A DNA stretch of 57,018 bases, filler included, from Jimgerdemannia flammicorona (Eukaryota), in NCBI GenBank assembly GCA_003990765.1. It is 3 parts of 3 records of this genome, joined end to end, with 100 filler letters (N's around TTAATTAATTAA, not from the genome) between each part and the next. Parts side by side here need not be neighbours in the genome. Positions count along the whole stretch, not along the records: positions 38,084 to 57,018 come from RBNJ01002070.1; 2 more parts are not named here. One strand, written 5' to 3'. Shown in pieces: positions 52,601 to 57,018 of the stretch. The notes under the pieces are model-generated. The model ran no database searches, was not told the DNA's origin, and was given only the letters and a program-made list of their open reading frames with translations. The translations under genes were made by a program, and so were the position numbers. Each line of letters opens with the position of its first letter. The first letter of the stretch is position 1.

Positions 52601-53447
52601 AAATTAGTTAATTAGATTATAGATGGAATGGGCAGATTTGATAGCTTCTGGAGAGGTGGATGATTGGAGGTTAGAGTATACAAAATTGGAGGTAATAGAG
52701 CTGCAACAGGTACTGAGAGAGGAGGAGGAAGTATGTATGAAAGAAATGGCAGCCAGGCTGAGGTAGCAGGGGCTTGAGGAGGGGGAGTGGCCTACTAGGT
52801 ACTTGTCAAGGCTCCTCTAGGCTGGGAGGGTGCAGCATTGATGAGATGGGGTCCTTGATGCAGAGGGGGAAATAGTGCATGGTATGCAACAGATCTTGAG
52901 AGTACTGAAGGAGAGGTGGAGGAGTCTGTGGAGTGAGGAGGAAGGGGGTGAGGGGGAGGAGGCAATTGGAGATACACTGGAGGATGGAGATCTGCTGTAA
53001 GTAGAGGGCTTGGTGACTTGATCCTCTCAGTCTAAGATAAGGAGATTCAGCAAGTCCTTGCAGCAACTAAGCTTGGGATGGTGCCAGGAGAGGATGGGTT
53101 ACCTTGGGACTTTTGGAAGAAGATGGCAAAGGTTCCTGGAGTGATAGGAGAGATGGCAGCCCTCTGTGACCATGTTCTTCTGAATGGTGCATGGGTTGGT
53201 GAGCAGGACTTGAGGTTGATGATCTTGTTATACAAAGATAAGAGGAGGTGAGAGGACTGGAAGAACTGGAGACTGATCATACTTCTGGATATAGACAGGA
53301 AGATGGTGACCAAGTGATTGTTGCAAGGCTACAGAAGGTTGCCCAACAGGTAGGGTTAGGAGCAGCAGGGATTTATTAGCAGCAGGCTTATTAGAGATGG
53401 GACTGCCTGGATTCATAGCATTATTATAAGAGGGTTACTTTTTAGGG
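49685..53447 (+). mobile_element. Degenerate L1/Tx1-like LINE (ORF1, endonuclease, N-terminal RT), interrupted by an LTR element
   Basis: ORF1 'NPDMTID...PLLKKLISEF' is homologous to 4647-5198. Endonuclease 'FPLNVNGLRG' (~51810) and 'PQSDH' (~52325); RT 'PGEDGLPWDFWK', 'KNWRLIILLDID', 'QQGFISSRLIRD'. Confidence 0.85.
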
Positions 53448-53451
53448 TGAC

Positions 53452-55489
53452 CGTTACGTAGTTCTGGAAAAGTTTTCGGGATATTCTGGATGTTCTAGAA
53501 GACTGTTTTCTTATGGTTAAGATCAATTTCGTATAGAGTATGTCCTCTATGCTTATTGATTTCAAGATTGGGTTGATGTCTCAACCAAAGTCCTTTTTTC
53601 GGACTAGTTCTGGATGTTCAGGATTTTCCGTATTTCAGGAAGTTTAAGAAACTAAGACCAGCTTAGTTGAATTGGGGTATCGCTGCAGACAATACCCAAT
53701 TAGGAAATTTTGTGAGGGGGTTAGGAGTGGGACCTAACAGGGAGTGGATTTACTTAAGAGTGGTTTGTGGGTTATGGAATAGGTTTATTTGCTATTCATG
53801 GTATTGCTATACTAGGAGTATTTGTGTAAGGGGGTATTGTGGGGAAGTGCTCAGGAGTTGTGTTCGGATTGTTCAAGTCTGAGATTCTGAGGTCTGGGGG
53901 AGGGGGTATTTATACTAGTGAGGGGCTATCTGGACTATGCTGAATATGGATGTAGCACTAAGTGCTTTGCTGAGTCAGAATGCAGTCATGTAGTACAAGT
54001 GTGATCTGACATGTCAAGAGATCGTCTGACTGCTGAGTCAGTTCACAGTCACATCGTACAAGGCTAATCTAACTATACTATGACTGCTAGGCTATTTATA
54101 GGTTTAGGCACTGTCTGGGTGGTCTTCGATGACATCACCATCGATTGCATCATCTCTGATGAAGTAATCATCTAAGAATAATAGTTCGCAGATTACTTCT
54201 CCTTGTTGGCTGAGGTAGTAATATATTGGGACTTCATCTCCATCTCACAGGATAGCATCATCTGTTTCGTATACTGGATAAGGTGTTGGTGGGCGAAGGA
54301 TGGGTGTATTGTCTTCGCTTTCATCGAATTCGCTGTCTGTGTACCTTCTATAGGTTACAGCACTATGAGTTGCAGGATTGTAGTAAGCTGGCGGCTGTGG
54401 TTCATGTCACTCATACTCAGGTGGTGGGGTTGTTGGTTCAATCTCGAGAGTTGTCTAGAGGTACAGGTTGTGTTCTCTGGTCTCTTCATTGTAATTGATG
54501 TAATCGGGGGTGAATGCAGGTTGGTATTCGTGCCAGTGGTCATTGTCCCAATAAGTCTCGTATACTGTTATGAACTGTTGTAAGTTCATTGGCAAGGTTG
54601 GCGGAGTGATCAGGGTTGGCAGAGATCCTTAGCTAGAGGTCATGTCGGTATCAGAGGGATCATTGTCTTCTGCTTTGTCTTCATCGAAGTGGATTATATC
54701 GTAGATGTCCTTCATGGCGTATCCGACTTAAGGCATTTGTAGGATATGGTCATCAGGGTGCGGGAAGGTTCTGTCTGTGGTCTGGACGTATTCGAGATAC
54801 TTGTGGTTGAGTTCTTGTATCATGTCGTCGATTTGGCCATAGGACAGGGTAGCAATCATTTCGCTAGTAGTGACTTGAAGGTGGGGAATAAAGGTGTTGT
54901 ACTCATAGAAGAGTTCTCGATGTTTGCGGGCGATGAGCTTCTAGTGTTGAGACATCTGGGTAATGTCTGTATCATAGTAGTGTTTGACCATGTCTTCCAG
55001 GAGGCGGCCGATCTGGTAGTAGCTTGAGATTTGTCCAATTCGGTGGGCCTCGCTAAGCATGTTCAGGGCATTCCATCAGGCTTCCATGAAGTAGAGGGGT
55101 GCCAGGCTATGGATATTCATGAGGGGCAGAGGGGGTGTAGCTTAGTTGATAATGGTATTCCAAATGTCAGCGCGGACACAGTTGTAGATCTCAGTGGTCA
55201 TGTTTGTGTGTTTGGAAGTTGTGGTTGTTGTTTGTTTTGGTTCTCTGATTTGACGCATCTCGGTGCTTGGTATATATGCATTTGGTTCTGATTGGTAAGG
55301 TTCCATTTGTGTAGATCTTGTGTTCCGTGACTTTGTATTGACTCAGCTTTGTGCACTGTGACTTCAGTTTGACTCAGCTTCGTGATCAAGCAGGTGATTT
55401 CCAGATTTGTTCAGAGCTCGCATGTAATTTCGGTAGCTTGTTCAGAGGGTGACATGTAATTTCAGTGGCTTGGAGGTTGTGTGCTTACA
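53452..55489 (-). repeat. Putative ~2-kb 3' LTR of the Ty3/gypsy chromovirus
   Basis: Begins TGTAAG at 55489, immediately after the polypurine tract AAGAAGGGGAGAG (55491-55503). TATA-like TATAAATA at ~53906-53913 and ~54093-54100. Distal end (GTAACG at ~53452) is inferred from the switch to LINE sequence. Confidence 0.55.
54104..55201 (-). pseudogene. Decayed 365-codon accessory ORF inside the putative LTR
   Basis: ATG at 55201 to TAA at 54104 in one frame with 8 internal stops and no frameshift needed. Strong C-ending codon preference and protein-like composition. Confidence 0.6.
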
Positions 55490-56867
55490 ACTCTCCCCTT
55501 CTTAGCTTTCGACGTCCTCGTCGGGGCCTTCTAATTTGTTCTAGTGTTGTTACACCGTTTGGGAGGTCAAAAGTCTAGTAAGGTCCATTTTCTCAGAAAG
55601 TGGCATGCTCATAGTACAGTTGCCTAATATGTTGGATTCACACGTTAAAGGGTCATGTGTTCAATGCCGTGCGCCAGAAGTGATTCTGATGTCATTCACG
55701 GCTAGAGAATTTCCTCTAAGGAATCTTCTTAAATGTCTATGCCTTGTTTCCCACCAGTGGTACGGGGAGAATAGGCTTGCTTTCAGTTTTGCTATTTTTC
55801 CAGAGGGTCGGTATTCTTGTCTTGTTTTGCTGAGTTCTTGACTTGGTTCGTGATAGTTATAATGTTCAGGAGGGTAATATATAGTATTTACGGATAGGTG
55901 CAGAATATTTGGTTCTAGTTGTTCAAGGAATTATATTCCTAAACTAGATCGGTAGCATTCTGAAGGTTGGTCTTGGGTTCCCAGGTTGCATCATGGATTG
56001 GGTAACCTTTCCATTTGACAAGATACTCAAGGTGGCTCTTGTTGCCACGTTTGTTGAGGATTTGTTCAACTTCATACTCTTCTTGGTTATTAATAATGAC
56101 AGGTGCAGGTGGTTTGGTGGTCCAGTTTGGAAATAGCTCATCATCACTGTCATTGTATCGCTTGAGATATTGAACATTAAAGACTGGGTAAATCTTAATG
56201 GTGTCTGGTAGTGCCAGTTTGTAGGAGATTGGAGAGACTTGTGCAATGACTTCAAATGGTCCAATGAACTTGCTATTCAGCTTTGTAGATGGTCTGTACT
56301 TGAGGTTGTCAACTCGGTATCCTCTGATGTCTAGTAGGACTTTTTCTCCAATATCAAAAGTTTCTTCTCAGCGGTATTGGTTAACATACTGTGACTGTTG
56401 TTCTTGAGCTCGTGATAAATTCTCGATTGCTATCTGGCTTAGATTGTGTATTCGGAGTAGGAATTCTTCAACAGCTTCAACTGTGGAGGGTTCTTCAGTG
56501 GTTCAGATAAGTGTCAAAGGGGTGTTTGGGTTTTGTCCAGTATTAGCAAAGAATGGGGTCATTCCAAGAGAGGCTTGCTTGCTGTTATTATAGGCAAACT
56601 CGACTGTGGTAAGATGTTCATGCCAATCATCTTGTCTGTAGGAGACATAGTTCCTTAGTATTTGTTCCAGAGTTTGGTTCATTCTTTCAGTTTGGCCATC
56701 GGTTTCAGGGCAAAAGGCTGTGGATAGTGCAAGTTTTGTTCCAAGGTGCACATGGAGGGCTTTCCAAAAGTGGCTGGTGAATTTTGGATCTCAGTCACTA
56801 ACAATGATCTTAGGAAGACCATGATAGCGGAAGATATTGTCAAACAAGTGTGTGGCTATATCTGGTG

Positions 56868-56868
<1 letters not shown>
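55490..56868 (-). mobile_element. Ty3/gypsy chromovirus pol 3' end: integrase core, GPF motif, chromodomain, PPT
   Basis: 'RYHGLPKIIVSD*DPKFTSHFW...STAFCPETDGQTERMNQTLEQILR', 'SKFIGPF...IYPVFNV', chromodomain '[12 protein letters not shown]...[21 protein letters not shown]'. Confidence 0.92.
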
Positions 56869-56920
<52 letters not shown>

Positions 56921-57018
56921 GTCACTTGGTCTCCCTTTCTTTATTAATACCTCTATAGATAATACATAAATGCCTCTATCCATCTTAACCTATTTCTTTT
57001 TTTTTTTTTTTTTTTTCT
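56869..57018 (-). mobile_element. Poly(A)-tailed retro-insertion (probable LINE 3' end) truncating the integrase
   Basis: Long poly-T on + strand. The adjacent minus-strand 'TAATAAAG...GTGACTAT(A)n' resembles the LINE tail at ~10915-10945. Confidence 0.5.

Noticed and set aside
55550..55900. Possible extra ~100-codon frame between chromodomain and PPT
   Set aside because: No clear ATG, an internal stop and no recognisable motif.

Overview
Eukaryotic, almost certainly fungal, repeat-rich DNA. The element mix suggests an early-diverging fungus such as Mucoromycota, but that is inference only. The window is three pieces joined by artificial 100-nt N spacers containing TTAATTAATTAA (18948-19047, 37984-38083), so their adjacency is not proven. 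Piece 1 (1-18947) begins with ~11.9 kb of CpG-depleted dead transposons (an L1-like LINE, a Tc1/mariner-like foldback, and a long-TIR element with a nested LINE 3' end). It then switches sharply to CpG-rich DNA holding a two-exon ~1348-aa coiled-coil gene with two CCHC zinc knuckles and a tRNA-Leu(UAG). Piece 2 (19048-37983) is an array of ~3.3-kb duplicated units carrying four intact, diverged, intronless ~160-aa genes that I cannot assign to a family, with N-myristoylation-like plus polybasic N-termini. It also has a fifth remnant, minisatellites and overlapping inversions. Piece 3 (38084-57018) is nested TE debris: LINE fragments, a near-complete DIRS element (ITRs, RT, RNase H, MTase, YR), hAT and Copia remnants, a second LINE, and the 3' end of a Ty3/gypsy chromovirus whose ~2-kb putative LTR hides a 365-codon decayed ORF. 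The best novelty candidates are the myristoylated gene array, the LTR-embedded ORF and the RIP-like CpA/CpG mutation signature.
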